Assembly (NCBI GenBank): GCA_951406725.2
Contig: OX597838.1
Location: forward strand, 24,738,001 to 24,802,000
Source: Octopus vulgaris
Lineage: Eukaryota
DNA length: 64,000 nucleotides
Reading direction: 5' to 3'
The notes beneath the pieces are model-generated. The model was given only the letters and a program-made list of their open reading frames with translations, did not search any database and was not told where the DNA came from. The position numbers were made by a program, and so were the translations under genes. This document shows positions 1 through 11,115 of this stretch, piece after piece. Every line of letters begins with the position of its first letter. The first letter of the stretch is position 1.

Positions 1-76
1 AGTCACAGAGTGGGACTGAACCTGGAACCATGTGGTCAAGAAGCAAGCTTCTCACCATGCAGTCAATGCCTGCACC
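1..76 (-). mobile_element. SINE family A, tRNA-derived head (partial)
   Basis: GGGACTGAACCTGGAACCATGTGG is the reverse complement of the B-box region shared by family A copies. Confidence 0.7.
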
Positions 77-1063
77 CTGTCAAATGCTGAAAGGGGGAAG
101 AAAAAAAATTACTATTTCAAGTTGATTTTCTGTAGCAAGTTCTTTTAGCTGGAGGCAAGGAGAAAAAGAAACTGGATCCACAAAGCAGATAAGGAGGACT
201 AAATAAAAAGTAAAACAAAAAATTCTAGGAGGTAAGTAACTGCAATGAGTCATCAGCCATTCATAGAGATGTGAAAACTTAACACTCCTACATACTTCAA
301 CAGCTGTCAGGAAGAAAGAGAAAGAGGGGGAGGAAGGTGTGAGAGAGAAAGAAAGAGAAAAAAAAGTGGGATAGGTCCATGCTAAGCAGTATTACTATCA
401 GGGTTACTAGTACTACTACCACTATTACTCTTTGCCGATGCTGCTACTACTACTGCTGCTGCTGCTGCTAGATTTAGTTGTGGCAGTTAGTTAACAGCAA
501 TTGATAATAGTATTCAATACTGAACTTGCATAAACCACAGAATAGAGTTGACTGTATAAAGGGTTTAATAATCATTAAATGGTTAAATTATTCAACACTA
601 ATTTTGGTGTGAGTGTGTGTTTGTGTGTGTGTGTGTGTGTGATACCAAGAGAATTGGTGACCTCCTCCCCTACAGCAATCTTTTCAATGAAATTTCATAC
701 CGAAATGCTTAATTAATTACAACCCACACAGTCTTTGCTGGTTTAGCAATCACACCAGGCAACCATGGTGGGCGACACTGAGGTGGCACATTTAGAGGAA
801 ATGCATCAGTAGAAAAATTAGTGTAGGGGGAGTTGACCGAGCCCTGGGGCATTCTTAAAATGATACAAAGGGGATGAGTAAAGTTCCAGTACCATGTACT
901 GCAATGGGAGTAGCGACCAGAGGAAGGTAGCTAATTTGGCCAGGAGATTTTGGTGACATGTTTGAAGGATTTGGCTGAAAGTCAATTTTTCTTCCTATAA
1001 AGATTTTCAAGGGCTCTTTGGTGTGAGTGACACAAGTCCCAAGTACCCAGTATCATTATTGCT

Positions 1064-1410
1064 TGCTGGGCAGTCATGGGACTGCAGCCATGCAGGGGCA
1101 CTGCCTTGAAGGTTTTAGTCAAACAAATTAACCCCGTCCCTGCAACATGTTTAAGCCTGGTACTTGTTTCATCGGGCTTTTGCTGAACCACTAGGCTATA
1201 GGGACATAACCAAACCAATACTGGTTCTCAAGTGATGGAACAAACAAATACAATATATATAACAGGCTTCCACAGTTTCTGTCTACCACTCACAAGATAC
1301 AGATTGGCTCCGGGCCATAGAGACACTTGACAAAAGTACCATACAGTGGGACTGAACCTGAAACCACATGCTTGCAAAGCAAGCTTCTTAACCACACAGC
1401 CATGCTTGCA
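1064..1410 (-). mobile_element. SINE family A (tRNA-derived), diverged
   Basis: Head with A/B-box-like motifs and tail CAGCATGGCTGCAGTC shared with the other copies. Confidence 0.8.
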
Positions 1411-1483
1411 CACACAAATGTGTGTGTGTGTTACTTGTTTCAGTCAATTGATTGCAGCCATGCTGGGGCACTGCCTTGAAAAT

Positions 1484-1537
1484 AAAATATGGACCACTTC
1501 ACAAATTCGCATGTCATAGTATATAAGATAGACTGCC
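1484..1537 (-). pseudogene. U6 snRNA-derived fragment with internal deletion
   Basis: Minus strand ATGACATGCGAATTTGTGAAGTGGTCCATATTTT matches the U6 3' end ATGACACGCAAATTCGTGAAGCGTTCCATATTTT at 29/34 positions; 3 mismatches are CpG decay. It is preceded by GGCAG..ATATACT, like the U6 5' part. Confidence 0.8.
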
Positions 1538-2043
1538 ACAGTTTCTGTCTCACCCACAGTTTCTCTGTTCCACAATATCCCTCACAGTTCCTGTTATGTG
1601 GGCCAAATTTAAGTTAAGTTGTTGAATTGTGAAGCTAAGTTTAAGAAATACTCCTAATTTAAATGCTTATGAACAGAATTAAACTAGTAAAATCATAAAT
1701 CCAGCTATACAAGTCAATGAGTCCCTGAAGCTTGGCAATACTGAGTTGATGAGTCACTGATGCTTTGTTAGTACTGTGCTTTAAGTGTAGGTGTGCGGTT
1801 GTGTACTAAGTTCACATATTCCATTCATCTTCATAATGCTAAGTAAGTGTATAAACATCACAAACAACTTTTGCTATATATGAAAAATATGTAAAATATT
1901 AAGACAATTGATGAAAAATATTTATAATGGAATTCTAATTGACAAATATAAATTTTTATTGAAACAAAACACACAGGTGAAGTAAATCACGTGGTGTGAG
2001 GAATCAACACAAAATGTGTTGGCAAAGTGAAACAACACAATGT

Positions 2044-2239
2044 GTGGTTGTCATGGTAACATGCTGTTAATGCCTCACTATCTGTTGATTGGTTAAAATT
2101 ACCCAAATTTCCCAACTTTAATTCCAAATAACATCAAATTCTTTAATTTACGAGATAAAGTAATTAGTTGATCGTGATCAAAATTCAGAGTTGCATCGAT
2201 GCACCAAAACTGAGAGCAATCTGAGCAAAATTAAAGGGG
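2044..2239. repeat. ~200-bp dispersed repeat, inverted copy at 8901-9100
   Basis: Direct comparison, e.g. GATCGTGATCAAAATTCAGAGTTGCAT versus ATGCAACTCTGAATTTTGATCACGATC. Confidence 0.9.
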
Positions 2240-2409
2240 ACTAATTTTGAGAATCAGTTTAACTAGATCCGAAATTATACAAGTAGTTAGCAGCATGTTA
2301 GTCAGATCAGCGAGATTACTTTTTTCAGGGGTTTGCTGTATAGTTGCATACAGTGGAATATTTTGATGGTTTAAATATTTACTGTTAACTTGAAAGATTT
2401 AACCATTTA

Positions 2410-2780
2410 TCCTTTACCTGTTTCAGTCATTTGAACAAGGCCATGCTGGAGCACTACTGCCTTGAAGAAGTTTTAGCCAAATGAATCAACTCAAGTATTT
2501 GTTTAAATTTTTTAAGCCTGGTACTTATTCTATCGGTCTCTTAACTGCTAAGTTACAGGAACGGAAACACACCAGCACTGGTTGTCAAGCAGTGGTGGGG
2601 AACACAAACACTACAGGCTTCTTTCAATTCTTGTCTACCAAATCCACTCACAAGGCTTTGGTCAGCCTGAGGCTATATAGTAGAAGTCACTTGCTCAAGT
2701 TGCCATGCAGTGGGACTGAACCCGAAACCATGTGGTTGGGAAGCAAGCATTTTACCACACAGCAACGCCTGTGCCTGTAT
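2410..2780 (-). mobile_element. SINE family A
   Basis: Full-length similarity to the 62690-63096 copy. Confidence 0.85.
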
Positions 2781-2948
2781 TTTTGAACATGTATGATTTA
2801 TACATGTTTTCAAGCAATTTGAATTTCTTTGCAACAAACCAACCACTTAAACTCATTAAATATTTGATTAATTCATATAAAATCATTTCATATATTTAGA
2901 ACAATAAGACTCAATTAGATCATAATCAGTAGATTGACAGTTACAATT

Positions 2949-3250
2949 TTAACCTTCTAGCATTTAAACTGGCCATACCCAGCCCAAATATTCTACCCAT
3001 TTTATGATCACCATTGGCCAGAACCCGCTTTCCACACTTACTCAACAATGTCATTCTAAAAACTGAAAAAAAACCCCATCAAAATCTCTAAGCTACAAGA
3101 ATCTTGTAGCTTAGAGATTTTGAATCTTGTAGCTTAGAGATTTTGATGGGGTTTTTTTGATAAATTTGTTTTGGTAAATGCTTGATAAATTCAAAATGTG
3201 AATAAATAAGCATTACATTTGACAGAGGAATCTGAACGCAAAAGGGTTAA
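2949..3250. mobile_element. MITE family D (TTAA-flanked, piggyBac-like)
   Basis: TTAACCTTCTAGCATT...AACGCAAAAGGGTTAA. Confidence 0.8.
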
Positions 3251-3254
3251 TAAA

Positions 3255-3463
3255 TTATTTTGAGATACTCTGTGTTTCTTTCAATTACTTGAAATATAAC
3301 AAAAAAATTTACTAAAATGACTTAGTTATCATTCAGCTAGTGATAGGAACATAAATTGTGACTAAGGTTTGGTGGAAGATGTTGATTCAAAATTTATGAA
3401 AACAAGACATTTATTCTAAAGAGCCAGAGCCGGTTTCAGCCGGGTTGGTAACGAAAGGGTTAA
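3255..3463. mobile_element. MITE family E, missing one end
   Basis: Body matches 51430-51648; ends GGTAACGAAAGGGTTAA. Confidence 0.85.
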
Positions 3464-3937
3464 TAAATTAAAGATCATACAGGAATACAACTTTATGTGC
3501 AGACTTTCTACAAGTATGGAGAGAGTAGAAAGAAGCCAACCGGATGTAAGACGATCTCATTTTACAGAACATTTAGTGCTTTATTTATAACCTAATTTAA
3601 TGAATGTTTAAATAAACTAAGTATTCCAAGATTGCTTATATGATACGTGTCTGTGTGGGCGGACAAAATTTGACTGGATGCTTTCTTGTAAATATACATG
3701 GATTGATAGAATGCTAGCGAGAGTTCAAACCATATTTGGGTTAGCTGTTTTTCAATTTTTTTTAAATAATACTGATATCAATCTAACTTTGTACTCTTCC
3801 TACAAAACTGTGTCATGGCCATTAGCGAAAACCGCAGTGACCGAGCGGATTGTTAACATTTGACAAGCTAACTTAGGGTTCAACAAATTTCAGTGACCCG
3901 CATAAGGTAAATTTCTAAACTAGCATTAATTGATAAT

Positions 3938-4315
3938 CACAGGCAAGGCTGTGGTAAGACGTTTGCTTCCCAACTACATGGTTCTGGGTTCAGTCCCACT
4001 GTGTGGCACCTTGGGCAAGAGTCTTCTATAATCTCAGCCAACCAAAGGACTTGTGAGTAAATTTGGTAGATGGAAACTGAAAAAGGACCGTTGAACATAC
4101 GTGCGTATATGCGTGCCCCCACCCTGTCCTTCCACTGCCTGACAACTGGTGCTGGTGTGTTTACATCCCTGTAACTTAGCAGTTCAGCAAAAGAGTCCAA
4201 TAGAATAAGTACTAGGTTTAGAAAGAATACAAGTACCGGGGTTGATTAGTTTGACTAAAATTTCTCAACGCATGCCTGACATGGCCACAGTCTAATGACT
4301 GAAAAACGATAAAAA
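3938..4315 (+). mobile_element. SINE family A
   Basis: GGCTGTGGTAAG...GGTTCAGTCCCACTG head and ATGGCCACAGTCTAATGACTGAAA tail. Confidence 0.85.
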
Positions 4316-4892
4316 ATAAATAATAAAATTTGACTTGAAAACAATAATTCCTCGATTCTTTTCTGCTGTTATGACTTCAGAAATATGTAAAGTAATTTAA
4401 TGAAAGTACTTAGTGAAATTGATAAAGAACAAAAAACCAGTCCTGTGGAATATTGCTAGAAATATATGACTAATTCCATTCACTAACAATTCAGCACCTT
4501 CAATCCTTAAAATCATCTCAGGTGTTTATTGATCCCTTTGATATCCATATAGACCCCCAGGGAAGCAATACTAATTACTTTGCCGACCCCTGTTCTAGCT
4601 CAATTGGATAATATGTATCCTGCCGCGAGCATCACACACATTAGATCTACAATCCTGAAAATAGTTTCAGAACCCTTTTTCTTTTTACAGTTCAGTCAGG
4701 AGAAAGAAAGGTAGTGTACACGACCCTTTCCAGGACATACAAGACTATTAGGAGAAAGTTATCCCTGATGCCTAGCTCAACCACTTGCAATAACGTGAAC
4801 TCCATTGAAAACCTTTAAGCAAGGTGGTGGTAGTACTGATGGTGAGGTTAAACCAAACAATGACTAAATTTACAAGGAAAAAAAAAATGATA

Positions 4893-5075
4893 TACAAGAG
4901 GGTGCGGAAAAGTTCTTGGGTTGGGTAAAAGAAAATCTAGGATCAGTTAATTATTTTATTCAACATACTTCTCTCTCAGATTCACACGTTTATTGTGGCG
5001 GTCCTTCAGTTTTTCTAAGCCCTGTAAAAGAAATTGGAAGCTTGGGCCTTTGACCTTAAAGACAGGAACTTTTCA
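4893..5075. mobile_element. second, truncated copy of the same mariner-type MITE
   Basis: Colinear with 5207-5420. Confidence 0.75.
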
Positions 5076-5167
5076 TATGTATTTTTTTAAATATTATTTT
5101 ATCTAGTTTCAGCTCACGAGCTGTGGCCATGCTGGGGCACCGCCATTGTATTATATATATATGTATG

Positions 5168-5206
<39 letters not shown>

Positions 5207-5211
<5 letters not shown>

Positions 5212-5420
5212 GGGTGCTGAAAAGCTCCTGGCTTTAAGTAAAAGAAAATACAGGAGGATCAGTTAATTATGATTTTATTCAACGTATTCCCCTCAGATTC
5301 ACACAATTATTGCAGTGGTCCTTCTGGTTTTTGAAACCATTTAAAGATTTTGGAAGGTTGGGCCTCCAACCTGGCCTTTCGTGATGCCCTTAAAGCTAGG
5401 AACTTTTCAGCACCCCTTTG
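5207..5420. mobile_element. Tc1/mariner-type MITE
   Basis: TIRs AGGGGGTGCTGAAAAGCTCCTGGCTTTA / TAAAGCTAGGAACTTTTCAGCACCCCT next to a (TA)n run. Confidence 0.8.
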
Positions 5421-5836
5421 GTATGCTGTAGACTGGAGTGGAAAATGGGGCCAATAGGATGTCAGACACATGATGTCCACCTACAATAAGCTGAGAGAGT
5501 AGTAAGTCTGTAAAAGAATCAGCTGATGTTTGCATGAGAGATTACTATGCTAGCATAACACATGTGATGTGATAAATGGACAAGGAGTGCAGAGTACAAC
5601 AGTAAGAAAAAAAAAACTGTGTTAGTGGCATCTTTGAGTAAGATGCGAGAAGGGGTGTGATGAAACTCGTGATGTTGAGCCTTGAAGATGACAGACAAAT
5701 CAATGGTAAAATTCCATATGACAGCCTAACCCATGTAGCAATGGAAGTAAAATGGCTTTTTAAACAATGATAATGTTGAATGCAAAAGAGTACATTCTTC
5801 ATTAGCTTTCAGCTTTGATTAGCTACATTTCAATAA

Positions 5837-6180
5837 TCTATAATAACAAACGCGAAATTCTGTCTGTCTGTCTGTCCGGGACCCTTGTAATCTCAGTCTA
5901 CATTTGCTCTACATAGACATATATCTTTTGGGAATCAGGATGCCCTTCATTTGGTTCTTGACCATCCAGCATTGGAATCAAGTCTGGATGAGGATTCGTT
6001 ATAAGCTAACAGTTGAAAATTCAGATTTTAAAGGTAATCTCAAAGTTTGTGAACTTACAAGATTTTCATTTAAACTGAATTTAAAGTAATATTATTGGTA
6101 AGGTACCAATAAATGCTTTGTTATTATTGCTTTCTTTAGGTTTTAGGTCACAGGCCCAATTAGTCCTCCACAGGAGCTAG
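5837..6180 (+). mobile_element. possible Helitron-like remnant
   Basis: A|TCTATATAATAA...(TCTG)n start resembles the 22700 element; CTAG at 6177-6180. The 3' end is uncertain. Confidence 0.4.
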
Positions 6181-6469
6181 CTTAAAAGTCCACACAGAGT
6201 GCAGCTTTTAAGCCAATAAATAATAATATTCAGAGAACAACAAAAATCAGAACAACATATTCATTCTTAATACATACCTGCAAATTTGAACAGGACTATT
6301 TTAAACAAGAGCCAAAAAGTTTGTTAGATTCATTAGTCTGAGGTAGCTTTGACCGAGGAGACATGACAAGGTTGAAACAGCAGGTCTCCCAAAATTCCCC
6401 AACCCTAATGAACCAAGTGTGTTATGAGCAATTTTAAACACTATTCATGAGAAAGTGAAATAGAAGTCA

Positions 6470-6603
<134 letters not shown>

Positions 6604-7252
6604 CTGCAAAAGAAAAAAAAACAATATTGTAAGGATAAGATTAATGAAAAAAAAAAAAAAAATTGTGAAAATCGTACATCACATATTGTTACATAAAAGC
6701 AATTCATTCGTCACTACTTCAGATTGTGCATGTACAGAAGTCAAATGAAACATGCCAAAGTCAATCAAAACTACAGACGGTACCTATACAGATTTGAAAT
6801 TAGAGAGGGGGGAAAAATGTAAAACAGGTCTAGCACTCCCTTTCTGTTATTCCACAGTCCCTTCCCCTCATCATTTCTGAAGTAGAAGATGAAAGCCCTT
6901 AAATTTTGGGGGAGAATGAATTTGTAAGGGTGCACAGTATTTAAATGAGATTTTTTTGAGATGCAAAGTTAACCTTTGGTAAGTTATAAATCAGAAATTT
7001 AAAGAGACATTACTAAATACGGTTTGTCCTTCCAGTTTCATAACCAGTATTTGTTTATTTACATCCCCATAACTTCGCAATTTGGCACACAAAATAAATA
7101 CCAAATTTAAGTACTGGGATTGATTTGCATGACAAAACCTTTTGAGGAGGTGCTCCAGAATGGGGCTGTCCAACATAACAAGTAAGATACAAGAATAAAA
7201 GAATGCTAGCACTTTTGATAGCAACCAGTCTAACACTGCCTAAGTTTTAAAA

Positions 7253-7593
7253 TTACTCTTTTACTTGTTTCAGTCATTTGATTGCGGCCATGCTGGAGCA
7301 CCGCCTTTAGTTGAGCAAATCGACCCCGGGACTTATTCTTTGTAAGCCCAGTACTTATTCTATCGGTCTCTTTTGCCAAACCGCTAAGTGACGGGGACAT
7401 AAACACACCAGCATCGGTTGTCAAGCAATGCTAGGGGGACAAACACACACACACATATATATATACGACAGGCTTCTTTCAGTTTCCGTCTACCAAATCC
7501 ACTCACAAGGCATTGGTCAGCCCAGGGCTATAGCAGAAGACACTTGCCCAAGATGCCACGCAGTGGGACTGAACCCGGAACCATGTGGTTGGT
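7253..7593 (-). mobile_element. SINE family A, young copy, slightly 5'-truncated
   Basis: Nearly identical to the 26184-26601 and 62690-63096 copies, CpGs retained. Confidence 0.9.
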
Positions 7594-7646
7594 TATTAAA
7601 ATCCTTTCATCAAAATTTCACATTCATTTCAAAAACTTAGGTTTTC

Positions 7647-7990
7647 ATAGGCATGTCTGTGTTGTAAGAAGCTTGCTTCCCACCCACATGGTTCCAGATT
7701 CAGTACCACTGCATGGTACCCTTGGGCAAGTGTCTTCTACCATAACCTGGTGAGTAGATTTGGTAGACAGAAACTGAAAGAAGCCAGACATATATACCTG
7801 TCTATGTGTGTCCCACTATTGCTGGTATGTTTATGTCTTTGTAACTTAGTGGTTTACCAAAAGAGACCAATAGAATAAGTACCATACCAAGCGTTAAAAA
7901 AAAAGTACTAGAGTCAATCCATTCGACTAAAGAAATTCAAGGTGGTGCTCCAGCATGACCACAGTCTAATAGCCAACACACGTAAAAGAT
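7647..7990 (+). mobile_element. SINE family A, older copy
   Basis: Head and tail motifs in the opposite orientation to the adjacent copy. Confidence 0.85.
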
Positions 7991-8900
7991 ATTTTCTTCA
8001 TTAACTGAAGTAAAGGCAGTGCATTTCAGCAAAAGTGTTAATCTAAAATCTGAATTTGCAGAACTATCCAACCCAATTCAGCAGAGATGGGGGGAAAGGA
8101 CAGCTCCAACAAAGATGGAGTTGATGGAAGTAGAGGTGAGGGGGTTGGGAACCAAGTGAACAAGTAATTATAGGTCAATTGGTATTGTAGTTTAAAAATG
8201 AGAGAAAAGGTTAACATATGTGTTTCCCCTTTGTCTGTGTGTGTGTCAACCACTCTGCAGCTACCTTTTGACCTTTCAGTCAGTAAAAGACGAAATTTTG
8301 GTTAGCATCAATTTACAATCTACAATTTTAGTTTAGCTGAAGAGCATGACCCAGTAATCTGTTCCATGAATGTCATTTTAAATTTAACATTTTAATACAT
8401 TTATCTCTTTTTTTTTTTTTTTAAATGTATTTCATTTAACTTCACCACAATCACCATTACATCCAGACCTGACATGGTACGATTTGTTTTGTCTCAATAC
8501 TGACTACATTTCCACATAGATGGGTAGTGGGGAGGGGAGAAGGATGGTCAGTAAATTAGTTGTGAGGAGGACGAGGCATCATGTGATGTGATAAAACAAC
8601 CAGATTAGAACATTTCATAGACATTTTAGAATGACTAAATCTATTTATACACTTCCAGTCATAGATATAAAAGGCAAGTGAGAGAGAAAGAGTGGAAGAA
8701 GTAAAGAGAGTGCATGTATACCAGGATGTTTGCAGTCTATACCAAATTTTGTGTGTGTGTGTGTGTACCCAACCACCTCCTGATAACCGATGAAGCTATG
8801 TGTATATCTCCATAATAAAGCAGTTTGGCAAAAGGGAGTGATAGAATAAGTGCTAGGTTTAAAAAATATGGGATCTAGTCTTTCTCATTTGCAAATTGAG

Positions 8901-9100
8901 CCCCCTTTAATTTTGCTCAGATTACTTTCAGTTTTGGTGTATCAATGCAACTCTGAATTTTGATCACGATCAAACCAATTACTTTATCTTGTAAATTAAA
9001 GAATCTGATGTTATTTGGAATTAAAGTAAGGAAATTTTGGTAATTTTAGCCAATCAACAGACAGTGAGGCATTAACAGCTTGTTACCATGACAACTGCAC
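8901..9100. repeat. ~200-bp dispersed repeat, inverted copy of 2044-2239
   Basis: Reverse complement of 2044-2239. Confidence 0.9.
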
Positions 9101-9236
9101 GTATGTAGGTGTGAGAGGCCAAATCCAGTCATTTTGAACACAAAACAGGTAAAATATTTAGGCTGGATAGGCTGGTTTAAATAACAAAAAAATATTATCT
9201 AATATAGACCTAGATAACCCCAAAAAGACATGACAA

Positions 9237-9540
9237 TCATTCAACGTCCCCTGTCCATGTTGGCATGGGTAGGACAGTTTGACCAGGGCTGGCAAGCTGC
9301 ACTAGACTCCAGTCTGATTTGTCATAGCTTTCTATGGCTGGATGCCTTTCCTAATGCCAACGACTCCAAGAGTGTAGTAGGTGCTTTTTACATGCCACCA
9401 ACATGGAACCCAGTTAGGTAGTACTGGCCACGCTCGAATGGTGCATTTTATATGCCACCAGCATGGGTGCCAGTCAGGTAACACTGGCATCAGCTATGCT
9501 CGAATTGTGCTTTTTACATGCCACAGGCACCATGATCAGG
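9237..9540 (-). mobile_element. family C repeat (RTE 3'UTR-derived)
   Basis: GCTGGATGCCTTTCCTAATGCCAAC and repeated GTGCTTTTTACATGCCAC units. Confidence 0.8.
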
Positions 9541-9966
9541 GTTTACCTGGAGCTAAATCACAGGTGGCGGAGTCACAACAGGCATCTACTTACATGACCA
9601 ACTTCAAACAATTTCTCACACTGACACAAAGATCAATAATAAACAAGAGCGGCTGATTGAATGAGGTCTACTACCTGAGCAGTATATATATATTTAAAAA
9701 GCCTCTTGCAGGTGTGATAAGCAAAGTCAACTTGAAATTTGAACAATACATTAAAAGAACAAAACCACCATATAGCATTTCATCCGACTGGTGCACAACT
9801 GTTTCTTCTAGTCCAATCACTCCCTGACCCCCTTCAAAACATAAGTATCTTGTTTGTCATGGTATGTGTTCGAGTGTTACACTTCACAAGTTTAGCTACG
9901 GAACAAAAAATGACAGGCATAATCAACCACTTTAAAATAAAGAGCCAATGTTATGAAGAACAAGAG

Positions 9967-10230
9967 TCATCATCATCATTTGATGTCCGTTTTCCATGCT
10001 GGCATGGGTTGGACGATTTGACAGGAGCTGACCAGTTGAAGGGCTGTTCAGACTCCATTTCTGTTTTGGCATCGGCTTTATGTGGCAGCAGCACTTATGG
10101 GCCTGTAAGATAAGGGATTTACAACTGGAGAGGGTTGCAGGGGACAAGCCTCTATGCAAGAGAGGCCACACTTTTACTTATCTCGACAGGTCTTTTCAAG
10201 TACAGCAAACTGCCAGGAGTCTTGGTCCTC
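9967..10230 (-). mobile_element. family C repeat (RTE 3'UTR-derived)
   Basis: (CAT)n followed by TTTCCATGCTGGCATGGGTTGGAC. Confidence 0.75.
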
Positions 10231-10339
10231 TGTAGTCCCAGGAGAGAAATAACATAAAATAAGGAATTTACACAGGTTCCACTAGTTGATAAATACTGAA
10301 TTTAGAAATAGGGAAAACAAAAGATTAATTCCAGATACA

Positions 10340-10775
10340 AACATCAATTTTATGTCTATTTTTCCATGTTGAAATGGTTTGGATGGGTCAACTCCTGTGT
10401 AGCACTCAATATCCTGAGATCAGCTTTTACCACTTTTGCTTATGTTTTCCTTTCCCATAGTTTGCTTCCAGTGATATTTCTTTTAACCCATCCATTATTC
10501 TCCATACAAATGTCTGTACCATTGTAGTCCTCGTTCTTCCGTGCTAGTTGACACCTCTTGTACCTATTTTATCTCTCTCAGGTCATCCATACAACATTGT
10601 TCATGCAAACTAACATTACACATCCAGCAGTACATGCTGGCTTCATTTCTCCCCACCCATCATATACAATCTACCTTTTGTACAGAGAGAGAGAATCCTC
10701 TTGTTGCCAACAGATATAATAGACTCTGAACTTTGTCCATCCTGTCCTGATTCTGGCTATTATTCTTTCAAAGTA
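10340..10775 (-). mobile_element. degenerate RTE LINE fragment
   Basis: Minus strand IIARIRTGWTKF...ATRGFSL...KGRLYD with frameshifts. Confidence 0.7.
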
Positions 10776-10909
10776 CCTCTTCCACAGCAAAGATCTTGGA
10801 ATACATCAATAAAATCTAATCCTTTTGTTATTGACCTGCTTGAAACTGCCTCTGATTGAATGATACAGAAACCAACCAATTTAAAGTGTTCATATCAAAA
10901 TTAATTTAC

Positions 10910-11115
10910 TGAAGCTTGCTTCCTAACCAGATGGTCCCAGGTTCAGTCCCACTGCGTGGAACCTTGGGCAAGTATCTCCTACTATAACCTTGGGCCAATC
11001 AAAGCCTTGAGTGAATTTGGTAGATAAAAACTGAAAGAAACCAGTCATGTATAAGTGTGTGTGTTTACGTCCCTGCAACTTAGGCAGTTCGGCAAAAGAA
11101 ACCAATAAAATAAGT
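10910..11115 (+). mobile_element. SINE family A, partial
   Basis: GGTTCAGTCCCACTGCGTGG...GGCAAAAGAAACCAATAAAATAAGTA. Confidence 0.8.

Noticed and set aside
136-237. Plus-strand AG...GAG|GTAAGT exon-like segment
   Set aside because: No recognisable coding signal; GTAAGT occurs often by chance in AT-rich DNA.
790-1020. Possible CR1/L2 LINE remnant (also ~5540-5720)
   Set aside because: The resemblance is too weak to call without a profile search.
4681-4830. Plus-strand acceptor-like site and short reading frame
   Set aside because: All frames close quickly and there is no homology or convincing donor.
7418-7753. Recurrent ORFs such as MSSNARG...MPRSGTEPGTMWLV and DTCPRCHAVGLNPEPCGW
   Set aside because: They are translations of SINE family A, not a protein family.
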